A stretch of 46,819 nucleotides of DNA from Promethearchaeota archaeon (GTDB lineage: Archaea; Asgardarchaeota; Lokiarchaeia; Sigyniarchaeales; SOKP01), in contig JABCSY010000021.1 in assembly GCA_018238625.1 (NCBI GenBank), positions 1 through 46,819 of the forward strand. The letters are read 5' to 3'. How positions within the stretch are numbered: position 1 is the stretch's first letter; the number at the start of each line of letters is the position of its first letter. The notes under the pieces are model-generated. The model saw only the letters and a program-made list of their open reading frames with translations, was not told the DNA's origin and searched no databases. Both the position numbers and the translations under genes were made by a program. Shown here one piece after another: positions 19,533 through 29,883 of the stretch.

Positions 19533-20792
19533 ATGGCTAAAGCAAGCGAAATGAATGATGGAGGCCCATCTGGGAACGGAGAGCCTTATTTTTGTAAAGA
19601 ATGTAAAAGAAACCATACAAAAGGTAAAATATACAAGGAGCATTTAAAATTTGCCCAGTTCGAAACAGATAAAAAAGAAATCGAAGAAAAATCTGAAAGC
19701 AATGAAGACGAACTTGAATCTGAAGTAGAAGAGATTTTTGAGGGTTTAGAGGAAGAGGAAGAAGAAATTATCGAATTAGGTGAGATGGAAGAAGATTTAG
19801 AATCAGATTCGGATTCAGATAGTAATGAAGTTATAATCAATGACGCAAATGCTTGTGTAGAAGCTGTTAAAAAGCTTCCTGGTGTAGGTGAAGCTACGCT
19901 TAAAAAGCTAATTAAAGCTGGATTTAGTAGCCTTGAATCCATCGCTTATACGCCCCCAAAAATAATTCAGAATGAATCCGGGCTTGGAGATAAAACAACC
20001 GCTAAATTGATTAAAGCTAGTATGTCCCAGTTAAAAATCGGCTTCAAGTCTGCTGAAGATGTGTGGGAGTATAGGAAAAATATTTCGAGAATTGCGACAG
20101 GTAGTCAAGAGCTCGACGATCTCTTTGGAGGTGGAATCGAAACGGGATGCGTTGTTGAGTTTTTTGGCGAATTCAGGACGGGAAAAACCCAAATAGCCCA
20201 TCAATTATGCGTTAACGTTCAATTACCCACGGAAGATGGGGGTCTCAATGGAAATGCATTGTATATAGACACTGAAGGAACATTTAGACCTGAAAGAATA
20301 ATACAAATGTCTGAAGGACTTGATTTAGACCACAAAAAGATTTTGAAAAACATTGTGTTTGGTCGTGCTTACAATTCTGACCATCAAATTCTCCTAATAA
20401 AAGAAGCTGCTAATCTTATCAAAGAGAAAAACATTAAATTAATAATAGTTGATTCTTTAATTGGGCATTTCCGAAGCGAGTATGTAGGTCGGGGGACGTT
20501 AGCAACTAGGCAACAAACTATTAATACCCACTTACACGATTTATTACGTCTAACAGATATTTTCCCTGAGCTATGTGTCATTGTAACAAATCAAGTTCAA
20601 TCAAAGCCTGATGTTTTTTATGGAAACCCAACCGTTGCAGCAGGAGGGAATATAGTTGCTCATGGATCAACAATTAGAGTATATTTAAGAAAAGGTAAAG
20701 GCGAGCAGAGAGTAGCGAAAATGATTGATGCGCCTCATCTACCAGAAGGAGAAGCTGTTTTCTCAATAACAGAAAATGGAATTGGCGATTAA
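19533..20792 (+). CDS. radA: Recombinase RadA with an N-terminal Zn-finger-like and acidic extension
   Basis: HhH motif LPGVG, Walker [23 protein letters not shown], Walker [32 protein letters not shown]. Confidence 0.96.
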   Translation: MAKASEMNDGGPSGNGEPYFCKECKRNHTKGKIYKEHLKFAQFETDKKEIEEKSESNEDELESEVEEIFEGLEEEEEEIIELGEMEEDLESDSDSDSNEVIINDANACVEAVKKLPGVGEATLKKLIKAGFSSLESIAYTPPKIIQNESGLGDKTTAKLIKASMSQLKIGFKSAEDVWEYRKNISRIATGSQELDDLFGGGIETGCVVEFFGEFRTGKTQIAHQLCVNVQLPTEDGGLNGNALYIDTEGTFRPERIIQMSEGLDLDHKKILKNIVFGRAYNSDHQILLIKEAANLIKEKNIKLIIVDSLIGHFRSEYVGRGTLATRQQTINTHLHDLLRLTDIFPELCVIVTNQVQSKPDVFYGNPTVAAGGNIVAHGSTIRVYLRKGKGEQRVAKMIDAPHLPEGEAVFSITENGIGD

Positions 20793-20872
20793 ACAATTCA
20801 AAAATCTCTTTTTTAAAAATAGTAATAATGTAAAAAAAAATAGATAATAAAAAGAATTAATAAAAATAAAGT

Positions 20873-23800
20873 TTATTTTAATTTTTCGTATTCATTTGCT
20901 TTTTTGGTTAATCTTTTGACTTCTCTTGTCATATCGCTAGCGCCCAGTTTGAAGATTTCCGAAGCGATTTTAGAAGCATACTTATACTTCGTGCTGGCTT
21001 CAGCGTAATTCTTACTTTTAACAGCATCTTTTGCTTCTTTTTCTAAATCCTTCTTTTTCGTACTTAAATCTTCAATCTTAGTTTTTCGAATAATTTCTTC
21101 GATTTGAACGAATTCATTTGACAATTCCCAGTTAGAGGCCAACATAGCAGCGTTTTGATACAATTCAATTGTTTTAGGATAGTTTTTCTTTCCTTTCGCA
21201 ATTTTAGCCCGTTTGGTTAACTCCTTAACCCCTTTTTCAGCAGACTTCTTGTTATCAACTACAGTAGTTCCTATAGTAGACTTAATTGGGGCAGAGACAA
21301 TTTGATGTTGTTTAGCCAAGCTAGAAAGGTAAGCCTCTCTTTCTATTGGACCCAATTGGCCTAAATCGTTCACTAATTTTTGTCTTTCATCGTTAGTTAA
21401 CGTGGTTAATGAAGCGACTTTTTGACTAATAAGATTCAATTCCTGCTGAGAAATTGGTTGAGCTTCAATTGTAGAGATTTCTATTGGTATTAGAATTTTC
21501 TTATCCCTTAGTTCCTTAATTCCCATAAAAATTTCTGCGGTATCCTTATTCGATTTTTCAGATGCTTCTTTTAATAACGTTGCGATAAAGAAGAAATCTC
21601 GATCTGCTTCTTTACAACAGCTATGTGCGACCTTTAACACGTCTTTTGCGAAAGAGCTTTTTATCTCTTTAACGCTTGAGATATCGTACGATATTTGATG
21701 TGGAAGAATAATTGATGTATTCAAAATTTCATCTACAATTATACCCGCATTTCTAAAGTGGTTTAATTGACCTCTCCAATTTGGCAAAACTTCCTTGTAG
21801 GTTTTTTCATAAGAATCTATAAATTCTTTTAAATGACGACGAAGAATTAAAGATGCCTTTTTACCTAAAACCAAGGCAACTCTTATAAATTGACCGTCAG
21901 CTAGTAATAACATTTTATCGCCGTAAGAAATTTCGTTTAGTGATTCTTGAGTAGCCATTTCCTTACCAAATGAAGATACAGCCGTTAAAAACCCTCCTAT
22001 CAATTCTGGATCTATCTGTTCTGAGCCATAGGATTTAAAGAATATACACGTTCCAGTTCCTTTGTATAGTACTAGTATGTGCTCTAGATTAATAGCGTCG
22101 TCGAAAATAGTCTTAACTTCGGTTAAAATTCGTTGTTTTTCTCTCTTTTTGGGAACGACTACACCACGATAAACTGCTAAAGAACCACCCGCTAGAGCAA
22201 TAGCAGCCCCGATGATTATAATATAAGGGAGTAGCTCTTCAAAAGTTAAACCGGGTGTGAGTGGAATAACACTAATATCGGAGATATACAATGTGTCAGC
22301 TAAATGATTGTATTCAACTTGTAATTCTAGAGTTATATTCATCGTCCTAGCATCGCTTCTTATTGTTATATCGAACGATACTCCACCAGTACTATTAGTA
22401 CTTTTTGTTTGAATTTCAGTTGACGCAATTCCATTAAAATAAGGCGTCATGATAACGTTAGAGCCTTGTAGAATTAGCCATTCTGAACCGTTGTAAAATT
22501 CTGCTAAAAGTACGATTGAAAATACTTCTCCTGCGTTAACTTCAGTTGGTTGAAGTACAACCGTCAGACGAGTTTGATATTTTTCAATTACGGTGAGATT
22601 GAAAATGAAAGATGTATTTTCGTAATTTGTCTTAGAAACTGTGATATTAATTAAATAGCTTCCTGCAACTAAATTAATATTCGAAGTAGATATTGTCCCT
22701 ATGTGTCTATTGGTTATAAAATTTATATCGTAAAGAAGTGTCCCGTTCGATCCTGTACCAAGATTTATATAGGTTATATAATATGAATTAACGTCTCCTA
22801 ATACTGAATTGTTGCTGAATTCTAAATCAGTTATATTGAATTCGATATCAAGATCGCTTTCTTCGAAGATTGTAAAATTGTATCCTAATCCGGATGGTGT
22901 TAGTTCTCCTCCCGGATCCTCTAATGAAATCAAATTTATTTGAGTATAATTTCCTCTTAAGTAAAATTGAATGTAAGCCAAGCTCCAGTTGTAGTTCGGA
23001 GATTTAGAGATATTCAATTGTAATGTATATAAACCTGAGTTCTTTCCTACAGTGCTAATATTCAATTTATAATTTCCAGGTCCAGGTTGAATGAATAATT
23101 CAAATCCAGGTTGCCAAGTAGTACCGGCATAATAATCCTTAATTATGATATCACTATCAATTAAACCATCAATCGCGTCGATATTTGTGGTATCATTAAA
23201 GTAGAAATCTATAGATGCATTAATCCAAGTACTTCGAGCAAAATCAGCATTATTGTTCCATGATTGGATTTCAATACTTGTTTGAATTATCGTCACTAGG
23301 ATTGTTAAAGAGATTTCTTGTGATTGATTACCAAAAACTGAAATGCTAAAATTAAGTGTAAATGGATCAACTATAACCCCAACATTTGAAGAATTAAGAA
23401 AGAGCGTATAATTACCATCACCAACATCATTCCGTAGGTAGTATTGAAAACCAAAGAGAGGAGAGGTTGGTTGAAAAATATCATATTCAACTATAGGGTT
23501 TCCTGAAGTATCCGAATAATTAAATGTATAAGTCACATTGAGACCCTTCTCAATTTCTACTAAAGGAGGATTATTAAAGGGCGTAATTTGAGTTGTAATC
23601 TGGCGCTCAAAAGTAAGAGTCCTTGTTAAGTTAATATAATTTGTTTTATTTGCTCGAATAATTATATCTACATTACCATAATTTGTTCCAAAATCAGCAT
23701 CCCCAACATCTATAGTTATGTTATAAGTCCCATCTATATTATCTAATACATTATCCCATCGATAATTAGAGCCATCAATAGTATAGGTAATATCAGCTCC

Positions 23801-26554
23801 AGCGATCCCACTAGCAAGAGTGTGATCTTCATATCCTATCATAATATCAAATGTTTCGTCTTCTACATAAAATACAGAGCCAGTTGGGTCAAGAATAGTA
23901 AGAGTTGTATTGCCAACAACTATTTCTCCTAATATTTCCTCAGCAGTATAATAATGCGATTTCGTAATGTTAATTTTGATATTATATTTGCCATAAGGGT
24001 TAAATATTGGATCACTACAATCTACTGTGATATTATAATATCCCCCACCAAGGGGATCTATTATTACTGGAGTGTATTCTTGATATGAACTTGCAGATAT
24101 TTCTTTAACAAAAATTTTTGCTAGCCCTCCATTAATTCCCTCACTCCTACCAATATCTTCAAAGTATGCTGTAATATTAAATAGTTCATCAGAATTGTAG
24201 TATCCTATACTAGGATCAGGGAATTTTGTAGTGCTTAAACTCGTTTCTCCAGTAATATAAATAATAAACTCGGTTGATTGATTGTAATAATAAGATTTTT
24301 CCACATTAATGCTTAGATTAAAATAACCATACCCTTGGGATTGAAAAATATCATCATCACAATTTATTGTAATATTATAATTGCCATCCCCATAGTCATG
24401 ATTACTTATTGGAGTATATGGAGTTGAATTAACGTAAACATCCCTAATCGCACCAAGTATACCACTATCTTTAACGGTATCATTGTAAAACATAGAGACA
24501 TTAAAGGTTTCCATTGAATCAAAAGACACTTTTAGAATTGATCCATCTAATTCTGTTTCTCCCAAAATGATAATCTCTAATGTCTTAGTCTGATTATGAT
24601 AGTAAGTATTATTTGCTCTAATCGTTATTGTATTAGAACCATAATTAAATTCTGTGTTATTACAATCAAAAGTGATATTATATTGACTATTACCGATATA
24701 TTTTACGCTCGCGTTTACGGAGCTATAAGTTCCAGCGTTAATCTTATAGTAAATATCGCCATCAGAAATATCCAAAACTTGTCCTATATCGTCATAGGTG
24801 ATGGTAATATTAAAAATCTTACTTGAATTAAAGATAGTATTCTGCGACGGTTGATTAATGAGTAAACTTGTTTCTGCTAATATGGTTATGTTATCTCTAA
24901 AGAAACCCGCATCAGTACCGTTATTCCACTGAGTCAGTATTCGGAACTTTCCATATTTGGTTACCGTATCAGATATATCCCAATTACCAAAGTATATGTC
25001 ATCGCCTGAAACAAAAGAATTGTTAATAAGCGTATAATTCAATCGATCGTCTAAAGCTAACGGGTTATAAACGCTTAGATTAATACTTCCATCACTAATA
25101 GAGCTAGAAAAAGTTCCGTTAAAATGAACAAGATCGGTATAATTAAAAGTATCTGCTACTGATGTTGTACCAACATATTTTTTTATATCCGTAAGAAGAT
25201 TCGAAGATGTGGCGTTTAAAAACCAATAAGTACCATTTCCGGCATTAACCATTTGTATATCTTTATAATGATTGAAATTGTGTGTTTTTATATCACCTGT
25301 TTTATCGGTACCGCCATTCCACACTTCAATGTTCGTCCATCTGGAAGAAATAGTGAAATTTATCGTATAATTATTGAATCGCGAATCAAAATAGTTTAAT
25401 CCGCCAGATTTAGTTACATTCCAAAAAACATCTTGTCCGTTTCCTAAAACTTCAAAGCTAGAATCTGCTCTTAAATCCGTTTTAGTATAATTGATTTGAA
25501 CTTTTGTTATATTACAAGAAACATCCCACCAATCAGCTGATACAGTAAAATTTAATACATCAGATGTGCTTGAGTATGCTTCTTCTGAACTGTAATATCC
25601 TGATCCTTGGGAAATATCATAAAATAATGTAGTATTTAATTTAAGATTGATTTCAGAAGGTTTTGGAATATTATTAATAGGAGATAAATCAATAGATAGT
25701 CGGAAATCTACAGAAGGATCTCCAAGTAAAAAGTCATCTCTTAATACCCATCCCGAGCTATAATAATAAGCAGTACTCTCATCATCATTATCACCGTTAC
25801 TTTGATCAGCAACATAGTACCATCTAGTATCAGCTCCTACTCCTCCATCAAATAAACCAATGAACCAAGTATTATTTTCTGTAAAAGTATTGTTTAAGAG
25901 ATAGTGAACATGAAAAAGTGAATATGTACCTGTAGTAGTTGCTGGGACATTGAATGTTCCTAATGTGGATACATAGCCCAAATTTGTTCCATCGGGTTCA
26001 CTTCTGCTATTTCCAGTATCCCATGTTGAATTATATAGAACCATAGTTACTGTAGCTGGATTCCCAGCAACATTCCTAACATAAACAGAAATATTTTCTA
26101 AATAACCATTGCCTATAACTTCAAAAGAAGTTACATCTGGATTACTATTTGTAAAATCATCAAAATTAGTTATAGTATCATCTTCTACAACTAATGTATA
26201 GTTTGGGGCATTAATACTATCAACAGTCATGTTAATGAAGGAGGTGTTATAACCATTAAAATTAGGAAATGGTTCTAAAAAATTATTTTCACTATCTAAA
26301 TTCGTAAACTCAATAGTTGAAGTATTTAAATACGATTGATGTAATGTGATATTAACTTTATTTCCCATCCCTTTAGAAGAAGGAAGCGAATCAGAAGTTT
26401 TTGGAAAATTTATAAAATCGTCTTTATTCGCACCGTCTTTGTAAAAAGGAGGCTCGAAATTGAAATTTGCAAATATAGTTATAGATAAAAAACTAAATAG
26501 CAGAACTGAGCAAGTTATTATTTTCTTTTTTTTGTTTAAATTTTTCATAAACAT
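20873..26554 (-). CDS. Giant single-pass membrane protein: Ig-like ectodomain, TM, longin-like and helical cytoplasmic domains
   Basis: Basic and hydrophobic N-terminus, then ~1400 aa of beta-rich repeats with many NxS/T sequons, TM LLPYIIIIGAAIALAGGSLAVY, then HILVLYKGTGTCIF...DPELIGGFLTAVSSFGKE. Confidence 0.85.
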   Translation of the reverse strand: MFMKNLNKKKKIITCSVLLFSFLSITIFANFNFEPPFYKDGANKDDFINFPKTSDSLPSSKGMGNKVNITLHQSYLNTSTIEFTNLDSENNFLEPFPNFNGYNTSFINMTVDSINAPNYTLVVEDDTITNFDDFTNSNPDVTSFEVIGNGYLENISVYVRNVAGNPATVTMVLYNSTWDTGNSRSEPDGTNLGYVSTLGTFNVPATTTGTYSLFHVHYLLNNTFTENNTWFIGLFDGGVGADTRWYYVADQSNGDNDDESTAYYYSSGWVLRDDFLLGDPSVDFRLSIDLSPINNIPKPSEINLKLNTTLFYDISQGSGYYSSEEAYSSTSDVLNFTVSADWWDVSCNITKVQINYTKTDLRADSSFEVLGNGQDVFWNVTKSGGLNYFDSRFNNYTINFTISSRWTNIEVWNGGTDKTGDIKTHNFNHYKDIQMVNAGNGTYWFLNATSSNLLTDIKKYVGTTSVADTFNYTDLVHFNGTFSSSISDGSINLSVYNPLALDDRLNYTLINNSFVSGDDIYFGNWDISDTVTKYGKFRILTQWNNGTDAGFFRDNITILAETSLLINQPSQNTIFNSSKIFNITITYDDIGQVLDISDGDIYYKINAGTYSSVNASVKYIGNSQYNITFDCNNTEFNYGSNTITIRANNTYYHNQTKTLEIIILGETELDGSILKVSFDSMETFNVSMFYNDTVKDSGILGAIRDVYVNSTPYTPISNHDYGDGNYNITINCDDDIFQSQGYGYFNLSINVEKSYYYNQSTEFIIYITGETSLSTTKFPDPSIGYYNSDELFNITAYFEDIGRSEGINGGLAKIFVKEISASSYQEYTPVIIDPLGGGYYNITVDCSDPIFNPYGKYNIKINITKSHYYTAEEILGEIVVGNTTLTILDPTGSVFYVEDETFDIMIGYEDHTLASGIAGADITYTIDGSNYRWDNVLDNIDGTYNITIDVGDADFGTNYGNVDIIIRANKTNYINLTRTLTFERQITTQITPFNNPPLVEIEKGLNVTYTFNYSDTSGNPIVEYDIFQPTSPLFGFQYYLRNDVGDGNYTLFLNSSNVGVIVDPFTLNFSISVFGNQSQEISLTILVTIIQTSIEIQSWNNNADFARSTWINASIDFYFNDTTNIDAIDGLIDSDIIIKDYYAGTTWQPGFELFIQPGPGNYKLNISTVGKNSGLYTLQLNISKSPNYNWSLAYIQFYLRGNYTQINLISLEDPGGELTPSGLGYNFTIFEESDLDIEFNITDLEFSNNSVLGDVNSYYITYINLGTGSNGTLLYDINFITNRHIGTISTSNINLVAGSYLINITVSKTNYENTSFIFNLTVIEKYQTRLTVVLQPTEVNAGEVFSIVLLAEFYNGSEWLILQGSNVIMTPYFNGIASTEIQTKSTNSTGGVSFDITIRSDARTMNITLELQVEYNHLADTLYISDISVIPLTPGLTFEELLPYIIIIGAAIALAGGSLAVYRGVVVPKKREKQRILTEVKTIFDDAINLEHILVLYKGTGTCIFFKSYGSEQIDPELIGGFLTAVSSFGKEMATQESLNEISYGDKMLLLADGQFIRVALVLGKKASLILRRHLKEFIDSYEKTYKEVLPNWRGQLNHFRNAGIIVDEILNTSIILPHQISYDISSVKEIKSSFAKDVLKVAHSCCKEADRDFFFIATLLKEASEKSNKDTAEIFMGIKELRDKKILIPIEISTIEAQPISQQELNLISQKVASLTTLTNDERQKLVNDLGQLGPIEREAYLSSLAKQHQIVSAPIKSTIGTTVVDNKKSAEKGVKELTKRAKIAKGKKNYPKTIELYQNAAMLASNWELSNEFVQIEEIIRKTKIEDLSTKKKDLEKEAKDAVKSKNYAEASTKYKYASKIASEIFKLGASDMTREVKRLTKKANEYEKLK

Positions 26555-26741
26555 CGAATCAATTTATTAATAATAATTTTATTCTAAAAGAGTAATTACA
26601 ATAATAATCGCGTAATTTGAATTTAAAATTACTTTTTTTATATTATGTTGTTATGAATATTTGAATTATTTCAATAAATGCAAATAAAAACTCTTCTACA
26701 ATACGTTCTAAAAAGTGATAAAAAAAGATACAGAATTTATC

Positions 26742-27434
26742 TTATTTTTCAGGTTTTTTCAGAATAATCCTCGCATCTACGCAAATTAACCCTTTGTCGT
26801 ATATGAAAACGGGGTTTAAGTCCATTTCGTATATTTCTTCGTGTTTTATGACGAGGTCCGATACTTTCAATAGCGTTTGTACTATCGCATCTATATCGGC
26901 TTTTGGTTTTCCCCTATACCCATCGAGTATTGGAAATCCCTTTATCTCGTGTATCTGTTCTCGAGCATCGTATTCTGTAATTGGGGCAATTCTGAAACTT
27001 ACATCCTCTAAAAGTTCAACTAAAATACCTCCAATTCCAAACATTAGCGCAGGTCCAAATTGAGCGTCAGTAGTCATCCCAATAATTAATTCAGTTATTG
27101 GTTCGTCAGCCATTTTTTGTACGCTAATCAATTTCTCAGCTTGGGACGGAATATTCATTAGTTCTTCGAAAGCATTAGCAGCTTCCTCATCGTTTTTAAT
27201 GTTTAATTTAACCGCTCCCGTATCTGACTTGTGGACGATATCTTCTGCCATAAGCTTTAAAACTACTGGAAATCCAATGCTCTTTGCGGCTGAAACCGTT
27301 TCTTCTTTAGTAGAGGTTAATTTTTGGTCCGGAATAGAAATTCCAATCTCTTTTAGCAATTCCTTCGATTCAAATTCTGTAAGTACAGTTTGGTTTAATT
27401 CAAGCTTTTTTTTCAATAGTTCTGAAATATTCAT
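26742..27434 (-). CDS. ADP-forming acyl-CoA synthetase beta subunit (ATP-grasp)
   Basis: LTEFESKELL, GFPVVLK, HKSDTGAV, ELIIG..D.QFGP.LMFG.GG, EMDLNP, DARI. Confidence 0.93.
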   Translation of the reverse strand: MNISELLKKKLELNQTVLTEFESKELLKEIGISIPDQKLTSTKEETVSAAKSIGFPVVLKLMAEDIVHKSDTGAVKLNIKNDEEAANAFEELMNIPSQAEKLISVQKMADEPITELIIGMTTDAQFGPALMFGIGGILVELLEDVSFRIAPITEYDAREQIHEIKGFPILDGYRGKPKADIDAIVQTLLKVSDLVIKHEEIYEMDLNPVFIYDKGLICVDARIILKKPEK

Positions 27435-27601
27435 TACGTTTATCTCAAAAAAGTCAATTTAAAATTAAGATTTATAATAGGTAATAAAGGGATAAAATAA
27501 ATTTAAATATAACGAGTAGTATTTTTAATCAAATAGAGTCCTATATTTCACTAAAAAAAAGGAACACTATACTAATTAAATTTAGCTAAATTCTTATTTT
27601 T

Positions 27602-28690
27602 ATGGAGTCTCAAGCAACAACAAAGGAAGAAAATCTTCGGATTCTCTTAAAAAATTTTGTAGAGTCGCGAGATGATATTGTTATCGCCTTTTTATATTCA
27701 AACCAAGGACTTTTAATGACCAAATATGGAAAAAAAGATAGTACGACTAAAGACGAAAAAGAAACGGAAGATGTATACGGTGCCTTTACTGCATTGGTAG
27801 AAACTCTTTTGAATAAAATTAGCCTCGAATATAAAATTGGTCATTATGGTACGGGTTCATTTGAAACTGAGGATAATCGTATTATTTACTTAGAAGCGGG
27901 ATCCGATGCTATATTATTACTAATTTGCGATTATGAAACAAATTTAAACAAGCTTTTACCTATTGCCTACCTCGTAGTTGAGAAAATAGCTCAATTGCTT
28001 GAAGAGAGCTTCGATTTTAAATATAATACTTTAGAAATCCCCGATTTAAATATCCACGAAAATTTTTCCTTAGGATTAGACAAGTTTTCGATCAGCGAAC
28101 CAAAAACTGTAATAAATGGTTTGACCACAACACATCAATTTAGAAAATCTAAAAAAATAGAAAAACTCTTTAAATTAATTGTATTGGGATCAGCAGCCGT
28201 AGGTAAAACTACGTTAGTGAATCAATTTCTAAAAAAGGAGGATGTTATCGATTATCGACCAACTTTAGGTATATCGATATCAGCTCAACAATTTTACGTT
28301 CAAGGCTTCAAAGACGATATAATCAAATTTCTTGTGTACGACCTTGCCGGGCAAAGCTTTTTTAAGCGCGTTAGACACGAGTATTATAAAGGAGCAAATT
28401 GTGCTTTTATCGTTTACGATGTTACCAGAAGAGAGACTTTTGATGAAGCTATAGATTTCTGGCTCGAAGATGCTCAGAAGAAATTAGGAAACGTCCCATT
28501 TGTGCTTATAGGAAATAAAATTGATTTAGAAGATAAAAGGGAAATTACCAAAGAGGAAGGATTGGAAAAAGCAAAAAAATTGAAAAGCTTTTTCATTGAA
28601 ACCTCAGCGTTAAATAATATTAACGTTCAAGATACGTTCAAAATTATAGGAATTGGCTTATTTTTTAAGCACATTGAAGAGACCTTATGA
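27602..28690 (+). CDS. Roadblock-domain / Rab-like small GTPase fusion
   Basis: N-terminal roadblock-like fold, then G1 GSAAVGKT, G2 RPT, G3 DLAGQ, G4 NKID, G5 ETSAL. Confidence 0.9.
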   Translation: MESQATTKEENLRILLKNFVESRDDIVIAFLYSNQGLLMTKYGKKDSTTKDEKETEDVYGAFTALVETLLNKISLEYKIGHYGTGSFETEDNRIIYLEAGSDAILLLICDYETNLNKLLPIAYLVVEKIAQLLEESFDFKYNTLEIPDLNIHENFSLGLDKFSISEPKTVINGLTTTHQFRKSKKIEKLFKLIVLGSAAVGKTTLVNQFLKKEDVIDYRPTLGISISAQQFYVQGFKDDIIKFLVYDLAGQSFFKRVRHEYYKGANCAFIVYDVTRRETFDEAIDFWLEDAQKKLGNVPFVLIGNKIDLEDKREITKEEGLEKAKKLKSFFIETSALNNINVQDTFKIIGIGLFFKHIEETL

Positions 28691-28709
28691 TTAAAAAATG
28701 AAAAAAAAA

Positions 28710-29723
28710 TTATAAATGAAATTCTGTCCCTACGATCCCTAAAGTATGAGAGGGGTGTCGAGACATGAGTTTGTTAAAAGTAAAACCTGTACAATGCATA
28801 CCACAAATGATTTCTGGATTCAATTCTTCAAAATATTTTACTTTTTCTTCAATCTTTTCAATTGGGTTCCATTCTTCGTGAAATCCCCCAATTACAGCAT
28901 AAATTTTGTCGATCCCCGTTAACTTTTGCCCGTGTTTTATCGTATTCATTATGCCACAATGCCCGCATCCCGTTATGACAACTAAACCCTTATCCTTTAC
29001 GTTAATATAAATAGATGTTTCGTCTCTGAAATAGTTTGTTTCAAATTCCTTTCTACTCTTCATTATGTAGATTCCTTTAGTAATTTCTTCTTTATCGAAT
29101 AATTCAATTTCTCCACTTGTCGCGATACCTTTATATAATTTTACAGGTTCATTTGTTTCTACTAGCTTGATTCCATGTTGATCTACCAGATTATTTATCA
29201 TATTTTTACTAAGGATAGGTAATTTTATATTCAAACCAAGTTTCCCCTCTTTTTCTAGCGTTCGCAAAGAATCTCCTAAATCTTCAGCAGGAATTACTTC
29301 TCCAGATTTCATAATTGCTATATAATTTTGATTAAAGCAATTAGGGTTCAAAATAAATTCGGTACCTTTATTAAATAAAGGGAGGACTCCCGCTAACCCG
29401 CCAAAATGATCGATATGTCCATGACTTAAAACAAATTTCTCAACATCATTCAAATTCATTCCTAATTGCTTACTATTTTCAACTATAGTTTGAGATAAAC
29501 CTCCACTATCTAATAAGAAAAGATGTTTCTCATCATTATCTTGTACACTAATACTCATAGCTAACCCATGTTCGCCTACAGTTCTATTAGCCGAAACTTC
29601 TGGTTGGATAACTTTTCCATTAAATTTTTCTTCGGTGAGTAAAGTAATAGATGTCGTATTGGTTGCCAAAACTTTTAAAATTACCTTACCACTTTCTATT
29701 CCGTCCGTTATATCAATTACCAT
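28710..29723 (-). CDS. Metallo-beta-lactamase-fold hydrolase
   Basis: EHGL, LLDSG, LSHGHIDHFGG, TGCGHCG, IGGFH, GMHCTG. Confidence 0.9.
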   Translation of the reverse strand: MVIDITDGIESGKVILKVLATNTTSITLLTEEKFNGKVIQPEVSANRTVGEHGLAMSISVQDNDEKHLFLLDSGGLSQTIVENSKQLGMNLNDVEKFVLSHGHIDHFGGLAGVLPLFNKGTEFILNPNCFNQNYIAIMKSGEVIPAEDLGDSLRTLEKEGKLGLNIKLPILSKNMINNLVDQHGIKLVETNEPVKLYKGIATSGEIELFDKEEITKGIYIMKSRKEFETNYFRDETSIYINVKDKGLVVITGCGHCGIMNTIKHGQKLTGIDKIYAVIGGFHEEWNPIEKIEEKVKYFEELNPEIICGMHCTGFTFNKLMSRHPSHTLGIVGTEFHL

Positions 29724-29883
29724 GTTTTATCATATTTAATATTGAATAATTATTTAATAAATCTTTATTTTCCTCTTATATAATTATTTCCTTGTTTGGG
29801 TTAGAAACAAAATAAAAATGAGTTACACTAATCAAAAGAATAATTTAAAAATAAAAAATAATTGGATAAAAAAAAGAATAAAA

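Noticed and set aside
14191-20581. Antisense ORFs inside larA, dCMP deaminase, lysC, roadblock and radA
   Set aside because: Shadow ORFs. The Ser-rich ones simply mirror Glu-rich codons on the coding strand.
19533-20792. Intein in RadA to explain its extra length
   Set aside because: The ATPase core is continuous around Walker A, and the extra sequence is N-terminal with no intein splice motifs.
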